A stretch of 64,000 bases of DNA. Origin: Hyphochytrium catenoides (lineage: Eukaryota > Protista > Hyphochytriomycota). The number at the start of each line of letters is the position of its first letter. The first letter of the stretch is position 1. The stretch is from NCBI GenBank assembly GCA_900088475.1, contig FLMG01000547.1, forward strand, positions 10,530 through 74,529, in the 5' to 3' direction. The notes under the pieces were generated by a model. That model worked only from the letters and a program-made list of their open reading frames with translations, made no database searches and was not told where the DNA came from. The position numbers were made by a program, and so were the translations under genes. Of this stretch, positions 20,801 to 31,923 are shown piece by piece.

Positions 20801-22956
20801 TCCTATTTGACCCGGGTAGCGAAGTTAGTACATTGTTAGTGTACTGGGTCCAGAAGACGTAATAGTTGGAGCGGTCGTGACCTACGTTCTTTAACACGTC
20901 ACTTGTCGACGTAAGAAGCTGCTCTCTTCTGGCAGATATCAAGGCCACTGTGACAAATAGAGAAAAGTGGCTCCCCAAAGGGTCGTGAAGGATATAATAG
21001 TCCCACAAGTCTGCCGCTACCGTCGGGCTGCTAAACTCCTCAGCGAACAGTCCGCAGAGCCAACCATCGGGTACCGGGCCAGCAAGTGCGCCATGGGAGA
21101 CTGTACTACCTGATGTCCGAACGGTCTCAGAGCTATCTGCCCAGGCGGGGTACTGATAGTCCAGGTGCATGGCAAGCTGCATATCACGGCCGGGAAGATC
21201 GCATGGAGCTCGTTAAACACCTCGCTGGCTGGTATGGTGAAGATTAAGGGACCAATAGAGCTCACCTTTGGGTCGTGGTAGATCATCAACTTCTTAAGAA
21301 GCGGCCTTCGACCGGCTGTTCTCACCATAACAGGGACCACCAAGATGAGGCATTAGGTTGTCTTAGAAAAGAAGCACTTTTCTCCACTGTCATACCTGCA
21401 ATGAGCTGCTTGGTGGTGGAGGAGTAGTTTGCGGGGTGAAGCTTCTTGAGAAGAGCTTCAAACATGTCCGCCGTTTCAGCTTGGCGTGGATTGAACCCAA
21501 TGGCAAGCATCGGCGCAAGGATATGACAAAGGTGTGAGTCATACTTGATGCCATTCCTGGTACAGTAGAGAGCCTAGGCAAACCAAATGGCCACTGTCAG
21601 ACGACACGGTCTGCGTTCTACTCGAGACAGAGTTGTTACCAAAAATTGTTCCATGTCATGAAGGAGCTTGGATCTCTGGGAGGTTGCATCCTTGGTTGAT
21701 GAATCCTTACGAGATAAAACCGCAGGAGAGGTGAACCCAGCGTCCGCACCGCCCGGGATGCAGAGCAGTTTACTGATAGCTTCACAGTCTGCCTGGAGCT
21801 GAGCTTGGTTCTCAGTAAGACTGTACTTGCCCGCAAGGAATAGCGGGGTCGTGCTCGCTTCAGGTACGTACACCTGCCAATGGCGGTAATAAGCGCAATG
21901 GCAATGTCAATCTTCAGAGGCTAAAACGTTCAAAAGATCCTTTTTCGCCTACCCCAAGAAGGCGCTGCCATGTCTCTTTGCGATATTGCCCAGGGATTGT
22001 GTCAAGCTGGTTGCAGGTTGTACGGATCTTGAACAAATCTAAAATACTCCTCAGTAAGTCCACACGGAAACGTAAAGCACGAGGAAAGAGAAGCCGTAGA
22101 AGAGCTAATGCGATCAGTCCGTACCAGCATTAGGCGTCTCAAACTCGCGACGAAAAACTTCACCGGCTTTGGCCTCAGGGGTTGCGGTGGTAGACGCCTC
22201 TCTAGTAGTTATAGTAGGTGTCGGCTGTTTATTCGCTTTGCTTGTAGGCTCGGGGTTGGCCGCCGCACCCTTAACTGGCACAGAGGCTGCTGTCAATCCC
22301 TTTGTAGAGGCCTGTAAGCAGCCTTGATTAAGACATCTAATGCTTAAGGCACTCCAACTTCAACACCTTCAGAAGTACACTCACCTCCCTCTTGTCCTTC
22401 GTCACTTCTCTGACTTCTGTGTCCAACCAACTTAGAAAGTCATCGCCCTTAGGCGCCGGAGCGGCTTGCAGATCAGGTAAGGTGACACGCAAGACATCAA
22501 GCAGGAAGATTAGTGGTTAACACGTCTGGATCGTCTATCCAACACTAGGGCATTACCGGTGGTGCCTGTAGTAGCTGAGTGGGGTATGGCAGGCTTCAAT
22601 GAAGGTGCAGCCTTCAATACCCCATGAGATGTGACAGGAGCGGTGATAGCTGGCTCTGTATTGGGGCCCTTCACAGGCTTATTGGCTGGCGGTGCTGGTG
22701 GCGCAATTTGTGCAGCAGGCTTCTTGTCCTTTGCCTTGGTGTTGGACGACGGTGACGTGTTAAATATATCGTCCAAAGCGGCAGGGTCAAACTCCAAATC
22801 CACCACAGGTGCCGCACTCCCGCCGGATGGCCCTGGCAGGTTGAAGATGTCGTCAATGGAGTCCAACTTGAACTCTGACGCGCCTGTGCCAGCTGGGAGG
22901 CTACTGCTTCGCAAGTCGCTAGCTTTGGTTCCCAGGATCTCATCTAGCTCATCCAT
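17874..22956 (-). CDS. TBC1D23: TBC1D23-like protein (Rab-GAP TBC domain + rhodanese-like domain + C-terminal PH-like domain), multi-exon
   Basis: TBC motifs LLKKLMIYHDPK/LAMHLD and DLWDYYIL; rhodanese-like YYALDCRPAERVARGAFPTAYHIDP and HICLLGQG...LIKRGFPYVSII; C-terminal FPCEKIK...PRILLLTASHLVVL...IERMTFKKKNTKLISLYY. Confidence 0.8.
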
Positions 22957-23742
22957 ATTTGTAGTTAGTCGTGGTCTCTAGTCTCTCAGACCCTGTACAA
23001 AGCCGATCAGACAACTGTGAGATTGGCTAACTCTTCTCTGTGGTGGCGATTGCTCTCGGTGAGGGCAGGATGCTATTCTGATGCAAGAGGAAAGCGAAAG
23101 AAACAGTCCGAGGAAGCGAAGCAGGCTCCACTGTTCTCTGCTTGCTTGCGCTGAGCGGCGACGCTGTCCATGGTTCACAGCCGGTCCCCAAGGACCGACG
23201 GCCGAGGAAGAGCGAGCTGGTGCTGCGCCTTTCCTGCGCTGTCTACTGCTGTCCAGGGCGTTACACATCAACAAGGATCTCCCCAATAACCCAAGACCCA
23301 TAGTAGGCGGCACATGCGGAATCAGAACGTCAAATGGATAAAGATCACTAATAAGATGGCCTGAGCAAGTGATTACCGTTAGCGGCCTGAAACCAATATC
23401 CTTCCTTTGAAGGCTGATGATGCGCTGATGGGAAAGCTAAAGCTGAAGGTCCAACACGGAATCAGAAGAGCTTTCTCTCTTTCTAACAACCCCAAACCAA
23501 GCTAAGTGGAGACTCAGCGGTTTGTGGGCGCTTCGTGGCAAGCAGTTCATCCTGCCCTTCTTCTTCCTCCGGCACATATTTGTCAGTCCTTAGGTGATGC
23601 TTGTACCTATCTATGGAGGCAGGCTTTTGATGGAAAGGCTTAGTTAGGCAGGAGGCTCTTTGAAGAAGTACGACGCCGTTTCATTACTCTTGCATAGAAA
23701 GAGTGAAAGTGGGCTTCTAGAACCAAAGGCTAAGCTTGAAAG

Positions 23743-25545
23743 ATGGCCCTTCCTTCTTCCCGGAGAATAAACGCGGTAGACGTACTGTTCATCATTGCAG
23801 CCTGGCTTGCTGCAGACCTCGCGCAATGCCGCCATGTGCAGTCTTCCAGCTACCAATGGCCTATCATCGGAGTATGGACACAGCCTCTAAGTGCCAAGGA
23901 CCGTAATGAGTATATTGCGGGTTCTTATGTCAAGGTAAGGGTCCGAACCGTAAAGATTGTAGACCAAGAAGGGCTAGAATTCTATGTACTATTAGTGGCT
24001 TGAAGCGTCGGGGGCGCAAGTGATCCCGTTGCCGTACAGCGGCAGCCGCAAAGAGTTAGACGGTCTGCTGAAGATGGTTAATGGGATTCTGATACCAGGT
24101 AAGGACTAGATTAAAGGATTGCTGTTCGCACAACATCAAATTTCTTTCTAACCATTTATGCTGATGAAAGGCGGTGATGCCACTTTAAATGATAACATCA
24201 GATACGTCTTCCAGCGGGCTCTGGCGCTAAACGACGTGGGACACTACATGCCGTACGTGTGCCGCCGTCTGCTTTAAAGTGGTTTAGATGACGCATCTGA
24301 TCCCTTACTGGACGGGCAGGATATGGGGCACCTGCATGGGGTTCGAGTTCCTGCTACAGTGCGTGGGAGACGATGAACACTCTAAAGACACAGTTCTCGA
24401 GTCAGGCTTTGCAGCTTGGAATATTAGCCTTCCACTGGACTTCACTTCTGCAGGTATCTCCGTTCACCCTGTTGGTAGTAATGAAGGCTGATTATTTGGA
24501 TAAAAGCTCACCCCCAAACTCAGCTAGGCGAAGTCGGCTGTTCTCGAAAGAGAGTGAGGAGCAGATGTCGATGTTAGGGAGTAAGAACGTCACCATGAAC
24601 AATCACGTGGTGAGTTCTTTATAAGAAGTGATATCATATATGACGGATGAAGACCAACTGCTAAACCTCAATGACTAATAGCAAGGGATCCGGCTCAGCT
24701 CCTTCAACAGTCATCAAAGGCTCTACGAGTTCTTCGATGTATTGTCAACAAACACGGTAGGCATTGCCGATCACTATATCTCCTGCGCCTCATATACTCG
24801 GACTAACATAATTCTCTTGGTGCTATAGGATCGCAACGGGGTGGAGTTCGTCTCTGTAAGTGCCTCTATCTCCTTTTGGTAAGAGCATTATCGTAAGGGC
24901 GCTTATCTCTTAGGCTATGGAAGCCAAGAAGTACCCCGTCTATGGTGTCCAATTTCACCCTGAGAAAAATGTATGAATAGTTCTGCCTGGACAACTGGCT
25001 GGAACGATTGAATCAAGTCTGTGCTCCTGTAGGCCTATGAATGGGGATGGAAGGACGGAGCGCCATTTGAAGCGATCGAGCATGATTCTGAGACTATTGA
25101 TGCTATGGCTAGACTGTCTTCATTCTTCGTCGCGGAGGCAAGGAAGAGTCCAACTAGGCCGGACATGGAGTCAGCGCAGAAGCTAAGTGTGCACCATTAT
25201 CCTGTAAAAGGAAGTCTGGCACCAGATTTCCTGGAGATATTCTACTTTATTCACAAAAAGCAAGAGGGGCCAAGGTCAGCTCTTCTCCTTATCATCTTCA
25301 TCGGTCGACGTGCGTTAACTCTCCATCGTCCCAAAATGAATGGTATCAGGAGTCAGATGAGAGGGACCGCTATGAACGCCATTGCTGATCAGGAATCGGT
25401 GGCGGAAACTGCATTGCCTACTAAAGCCCTCGCAGCGCTTCTGCATCCTTGGTATACCACCCGCCTGCAGAGCCTGGTAGAAATCGTGACTAGTGCCTTC
25501 ACGACCAAAGTGCCAGAACGCACACCGCTTCTGACTACCGAATAG
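23743..25545 (+). CDS. GGH: Gamma-glutamyl hydrolase (peptidase C26), ~9 exons, signal peptide
   Basis: PIIGVWTQP, YIAGSYVK/WLEASGAQVIPLPY, NGILIPGG, nucleophile motif IWGTCMGFE, MNNH, and YPVYGVQFHPEK. The exact 3' end is uncertain. Confidence 0.9.
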
Positions 25546-25803
25546 ACGGAACGATGATTCAGTTCACTTACAAGCATCAGTTCTTAGCGAGGCAGGGAGA
25601 TCCCACATAGAGGCGACATGGGTCTAGGCTCCACCCAGGCGTTAGATAGCGGACCATAGTAGCGTCTACTAATAGGAGTTCTAAGCCGCTATGGATTTGA
25701 GATGTTACCTTGAAGTCGCTCCTACACTAGATATGAATGCACTGATCCGTCCAAAGCCCTAGCCCTAACTCTGGTGGCGCATAGAGTCTATATCAGTCAC
25801 AGG

Positions 25804-25853
25804 TTAGGATACCAAGAATGCGAACGGCTTAGGATACCAAGAATGCGAACGGC
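25804..25853. repeat. Exact 25-bp tandem duplication
   Basis: ttaggataccaagaatgcgaacggc x2. Confidence 0.9.
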
Positions 25854-26444
25854 TTCTTCACACGCCAATCACCGCTAAGCAGACATGACGCAGACCAGGT
25901 GTCTCATTCACCGCCCATTGTCCTTATGACCCATGACAACCACCAGCTCAAGGACACTAAAGGAGATACTCTGATGCTGCCAGACGAGTTTAGCTTGATC
26001 CTTCGTCCGTTACAGATGCTGTTCGGTAAACAGCGCGTACACGTGCCGTACATCTGCTGAGAGTGCACTGGGTCGTTGACAAACGTGTCACCTGTAGGCA
26101 ATGCTCGAACACTCACCACCACGCTGGTCGCCTTAACCCAGAAGCCGCCGCTGCTGCTGCTGATGCCTATCCTTCGGTCACCATTCGGATATGTCAGAAA
26201 GAGCTGATAGTTGCACTACTAGGACTCTACCCCCTCGGCACTGCCCACGAGTTAGGGCAGAGGGATGCAAGAAGACCTTGCCAAAGCGCGTGTAGGGCTA
26301 AGAGACAATGGCTTGATTGCTCGGCCCCTACCTCCTCCCTGGACGGAGCTGCTTCTATCGTACTGTTTTACGGACTAAACTGTCTCGTACTGGTTTTGAA
26401 ATGGACTAGTTGAAGAACCTTAGTTTGACGGACCCACCACCATC

Positions 26445-27030
26445 ATGTTCAGCAGGCAGGGCTGGGACAACCTTCTAGCCTACCTTGCCGGCGATCCGCT
26501 CAAAGAGCAGGTCGAGGGGCTCAAGCTTGAGTTGAGAGGTCTCATTCGGACACATGAAGCCTCGAAAAAAGCGTTGAGCAAGTTCCCTACAAACGTGCTC
26601 AAGGCACCAGACTCAGAGGTGCTATCACACTCTCAATAAAGGAGCGAGGTCATCGACTATCTGACGATTGTGCTCTTCCTCTGTCACTTGATCATGAAGG
26701 GTTACACTCCAGCTTGGTTCGCCGTCTTTTACGACTCACCGCTCGTCCTGGAGTATCTCCACTATCACGGTGTCGACCTTAGTGCCCCGTGTGACGCTAT
26801 GGTAAGCACAAACGAGTATGGCGATGGCCTCGGTGGCGACCTTCCCAGGTTGCTTGGCGGGCTCCCTACTTCCCCTCTGTCTACTATTGCCGTTTCCTTC
26901 CTTATTAGTGCTAGATTGCTTGATAAGCATGTTATCACTTACCAAATGATTCTGGAATCAGGGCCTGACCCCCATCATGTGGGCAAGGAACAAGAACAGA
27001 CAAGCCGCCGTGCTTACAATCGAGCGACTC
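26445..27030 (+). CDS. Small ankyrin-repeat protein (boundaries uncertain)
   Basis: Exonic pieces GYTPAWFAVFYDSPLVLEYLHYHGVDL and GLTPIMWARNKNRQAAVLTIERLL resemble ankyrin repeats and are separated by GT-AG-like introns. Confidence 0.45.
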
Positions 27031-29264
27031 CTGCGGTAGAAGCAGTTTGTGTCGGACACGTAGCTGGAGAGCTCCTCCTGTCTTGCTCAAGGCGCCTTGC
27101 TGGCACTTGCATTGCTGCTGACAGCGTCCAGACTTCATTCCTTCTGTCTTCGCAAGCATCATTTTCCACCAGTACCACTAGATCATTAGCCTTGCTTGTC
27201 GCCATATAATTATGCACGCACATACTATGGCAATCAGCCAGCGCCTCCGCGGCCGTAGTGAGGGCTGATACGGCACGAGTACTTCCGTACTAGATCTCCA
27301 TGATGGGCGTAGTACTGACTTTAGGCATCAAGCAAAGTCCTCACCACGCATCTCGTCTTCTACGTCAACCCAAACCCTGCTTCCATATCTCGCCCCTCCG
27401 ATACGACGCTAAACTTTGCTTTTCCGATGCTAGAGGAGGCACTACATTCGCCCTTCTCTATTATGACCTCTCTCTTGTCGTCTGCGGCTGCTGGCAGGGG
27501 AGAAGGGAGACAGCGGACAGCCGTTGTCCTCCATACTACAGGCAAGGCAGGAGCGCGTTTGGTTCCACGTCCGGGATTCTCGTCCCCACGTCTGGTATTT
27601 TGACGCAGCAGGGCACTGCGTCGGCGTTCTTAGCCGCCCCAGCAATGATGCCGCCGGTCAGTACTTCAGTTCTCAAGGAATCTCAAGGATGATTTAGAGA
27701 ATGTTGAAGCCCCTAAGCTTAAGGAAAACATGGCAATCAGACGCAGTAGTCCATAATAGCAATCATCCAATCATACCAGCGTTCTCCTCTTTGCGACGTT
27801 CTCCGCAGATAGATATGAAGGGTAGCATCATCATCTTCTGGAGAAGCGGGACCTGTTGCCGCGACGTGGAGAAGCGAGCAATCAGCGACGGCCAGGCAGT
27901 AGAGTTTGGTGATCTCCTCCTCTCCTATTCCTCATTGCTACAGCTAGTACCGCAGCTAGCGCCAACAATAGAACCACTGCTCTTCTGCTACGTAGTACTA
28001 ACATTATACTGCCGCAAATTACGCTGCAGCTATTACCGTGCGGCTGCTGCTGCCGTTCTTCTCTGCGTGAGACCCAGACAAACCAAGAAGAGCAAGCGAA
28101 GGATGTCCTCAGAAATGTCTGTCCACTGTCCACAAACGAGGATGCCGAGCAACAAAAAGCATCTGTCAGCACCGTGCCGCTGGCCGTTACCTTCCCCTCA
28201 AACTGAAACGGCGCTGGGGCCAGCAGGGTCCAGATCCATCAGCGTCCAGAGCCATCATCCACCAACTTGGGCTGCTGCCTCGCCTCCTGGTCCGCTGCTG
28301 CTGCTGCTGCCCAATGCCTTCAGCATCGGCTCACTAATAAGCGACGATGATGATGATGATGCCGCTGATGACCAATAGTGCTGCCGTCCATTTCCTAAGA
28401 TAGATAATATCTTGGCTCCCCTGCTCTTCTCCCACTACAATAACTGTTACTACCTAAGGGAAGGTACTCTGTGCTCCTTAGGACCTTGCTACGGTGCCGC
28501 TGCTGCCCTGGCCATCCTCGCCTTGCAACCAACCACCTCTCTTGTCTCCCCTCCGCTTTCTTCCTGTTCCATAACCATCATCACCTTTGCGGTCAGTCTC
28601 AGGGCAAGGAGGAGGAGAGCTCCGTCCAGTCTACGATCGATTAGCAGGCGGCGGACCACTGCTCGCTCGTAAGAAAGTTCTTCCACTGCCCTCACAACCG
28701 TCACAATCACGCAAGAAGCAGAAGATGCAATCTCATCCACGGGGACTGGCGGCAATAGACCTTGTCAGCCGCCGGCAGTAGTAAGAAGTGGAAGTCTTTC
28801 AGTGGCGAGATGTCTGCCTCGTCCCCGCCTCCAGCAGCTTCCTCGGCTTCATCATCATCTTCCCCTGCTGCTGGTGCTCCGCTTACTACATCCGAAGCTT
28901 CTTCTTCGGGGCACCATAAAGTGCAGCAGCCAACAACCAGCAGGAGCACGAAGAAGGCTAAGAAGAAGAGGCGCGCCACGGGCTCTCGTCGTGACCCACA
29001 AGCAGCTGAGGAGGATGGAGAAGATGTGGGTTCAGAAGAGCACATTAGCGTCCTGAGGAAGGGCCAACGAGCTGTACAGTTGAATGGCCATTGGCTCCTG
29101 CAGCTAGTGCACAAGCATCTGCCTTCATTTGAATTACAAGGTGCGCCTTCTTCTTCGCCAAGCAGGACAATCGTACCGCCGCTTTCGGCGGTGGTAGACC
29201 ACTGCCTCTTCGGCCTGCTAGCGGTCTTCCCTGGGCAATTGAAATCTCTATCTCGTCCTCTGCG

Positions 29265-31656
29265 ATGCTGCTAATCGTTTCCTGCCACTTCCATTTACTA
29301 TTTCTCCTCGCTCTATGCTTAACAGCCCTCATGGTCCATTCCTTGGGCTTTTTATTGTGTGCGCGGTATCTTCAAGGCAGCAACTGGGTAGTCCATCGCT
29401 CACGGCTGCTGGAGTTCGGCTGGTGGGACGCCATCGGAGTGCAGGATCCGCGAACGTTCTTTATGCTCAACATGGAAGTCTACGAGGCTCCGCCTGCCGT
29501 CTCCCGCTCGCAGTACTGGTAAATAATAAATCTTTTTTGGGCCTTTCCCTGCTGGGTCTCTTCTGACTCACACTGAGTCGTGCATCGCTTCTATTATGTC
29601 CCTCAGCCAGGAAGAGAAGACCGCACTAGAGAATCTGTCAAAGGGCTTACCAGGCTATCCCTTCCAGCGCCCAAGCGAACAGGACCCTTGGTGTTACTCT
29701 GCAACCGTAGACTGGGCAAGGACTTTCGCCATCCTGGGTCTGCTGCTTGCCTTATTATCAACGTTCGTTAGCTTCATCCTTGTCAGATACAAGAAGCTCC
29801 CAACATGGGACGGCAGAGGGCGGACCCCTCCCGCCCTTCTGATGCCGTTCCTCAGCGCGACGGAGGGACTGATCCTCCTCATTTGCTTGGGTTGCGCGGG
29901 AGGGTTCATTGCCGAGATGAAGAAGCAGTGTCCCGTGTATGTTTCAAACCTTGGTAGTCTTATGGAGTGTGTCGTACCAGGGACAGCCATTGGAGGCGTT
30001 GTGGCGGCAATGATGGTGCATCTGGCCTTCACTGCGCTCTTACTCTTACTAAGGGCTCATGAGGTAAGCCAATCCAGCTTCAGCTGCTCCTTTATACACT
30101 GGTTTATCCTTCTTATTATTAGGCGTTCGAGAGGTTTCGCGTCAGTGGCGTACGAGTTGACAGCATGATCAAGGAGGTACAAGCAGGTAAGGCGCCATAG
30201 TTTCAAAATGTTGCCGAGATTTCTCGGAATCTCTCGACAAGCTCTACTAATGGCATCTCTGGTACTGGCCTGTGAAAGAGAATATTCGAGGTGTCCTCGG
30301 AAGCATTGTCCGAGGGATCCAGGTAAATGTGCGCGGGACTGATGGCCGCACGGCGCTACACTGGGCCTCGATCCTCAATCGGAGGGCTATCGTCCAGGCT
30401 TTGCTCCAAGCCGGTGCAGACCCCAATATTCTCGATGTAAGGATGAAGAAAGCCTCCAAAGTTATTCATTTCGACAATTTTTCTCTAGCAGTATTGCATT
30501 CTTGCTCTCCATTCAGTAGCGAGCCTTCTGACCAAGCCAACCCTTAGTCATCCTGCCGACTCTTCCGTCCTATCTAGACCCATTTCAGACGCAATTCTTT
30601 TCTTGCTCGCAACTTCTTGCATCACGCTAGGTACGCTAACACCAATCTTGATCATTGTTCTTCTAGACGGAAGGGTGGACGTCCTTGCATCACGCTAGGT
30701 AAGCGGCTCATTCAGAACCTCCAGCGTTGCTTGACCTCAAGACGATAGAGCTGAGATGTGAGTATTAAAACGTCAAATTCATCGCTATTACCATTTTCTC
30801 TTTATATACAGCCGCGAGGGGCATGCAGATGTCGTGCACCTGCTGGCCATGCAAGGCGCTAGCACGAATGCCAGAGTAAAGGACGCTACCTCTCCAGGAC
30901 TGACGGCATTGATGCTGGCAGCTGCCGGCGGTCACGATAAGGTTATCGAAGCATTGCTGGCCGCCGGAGCGAGCGTCGATGAACCGAATGTAAGCCTTGC
31001 CTTTGTGGTGATGTTGAACGGCCCCGACCTTTGCAACAGAGACTGGTAGTGCCTCAAGATTTAGCATAACACATCTTTTCCTCTTGTGGTCGGACCGCTT
31101 ACTTGTCCTACCGCCAGCGCCAGAAGCAAACAGCACTGATGCTTTGTGCAGAAGAAGGCCACAAGCACAAGATGGTACGCTGTGCCCAAGTACTTCTCAG
31201 GAATGGTGCGAATCCTGGAGCTGTAGATGTAAGACTATACCACTTCCTCTCACCTAGCAGGTGCCATCCCTTCAAACATGGACAATATCAAGGCGGCTGA
31301 TTCGTAGACCGTGGACTCCGCTTCCCTTTCGTTCCTAGGCCCAAGGGAATACGACTTTGCACTACGCCGCAACCTCCTGTGGAGGAGAGGACATGCTAGA
31401 GCTGCTTTTAGAATCCTGCGAACCAGGGTTAGCCATGCAAGTCAACAAGGTCAGCGCCGAGTACTTTTGTCGGAAGAGTCTTTCTGCGGCTGTGTTGCTT
31501 CGGACTTACTTTTGAGTTTTTTGCCATTCTAAATCTCACCATTTGCAGAATGGGGAAACAGCGTTGGAGCTGGCATGGATTGCTGCAAACGAGGTGGCTG
31601 CCGAGCACCTTTCGCTTTGGATTGAGGAAGATCGGAGAGTCTTGCAAGACAAATAG
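29265..31656 (+). CDS. Four-TM claudin/PMP22-like membrane domain fused to C-terminal ankyrin repeats, multi-exon (N-terminus may extend to ~28760)
   Basis: Four hydrophobic segments, with NWVV...EFGWW and WC...WARTFAILGLLLALL in the first loop. Then ~6 ankyrin repeats: GRTALHWA, GWTSLHHA, GLTALMLAA, KQTALMLCA, GNTTLHYAA, GETALELA. Stop codon at 31654-31656. Confidence 0.7.
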
Positions 31657-31923
31657 GAAGTCCAAAGAAATTAGGGCAATTGTAGCATATATTACTCTGC
31701 CAACGAGGTTCAGGACCTTGACCGCGTGCACTATTGAGTTATCGTGATGGCCGTCGCCTAAGAAAGGAGAGGTAGTACGTCGTCCGGAGAAGATTTGTTC
31801 ACATTGGTCCCTCTGTGTATTTTGATACTACGGAGCACATTTCCTGGCTACCTGCTGGGGTCGTCAGCCCTCGTCTGCCATCACGAGACTCAAAGAAAAT
31901 AGACCACTAGTGAACCCGCGCCT

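Noticed and set aside
12082-25545. MurL-like epimerase plus gamma-glutamyl hydrolase as a D-Glu/poly-gamma-glutamate cluster
   Set aside because: They are ~10 kb apart, separated by unrelated housekeeping genes; GGH is a normal folate-turnover enzyme and no ligase is present.
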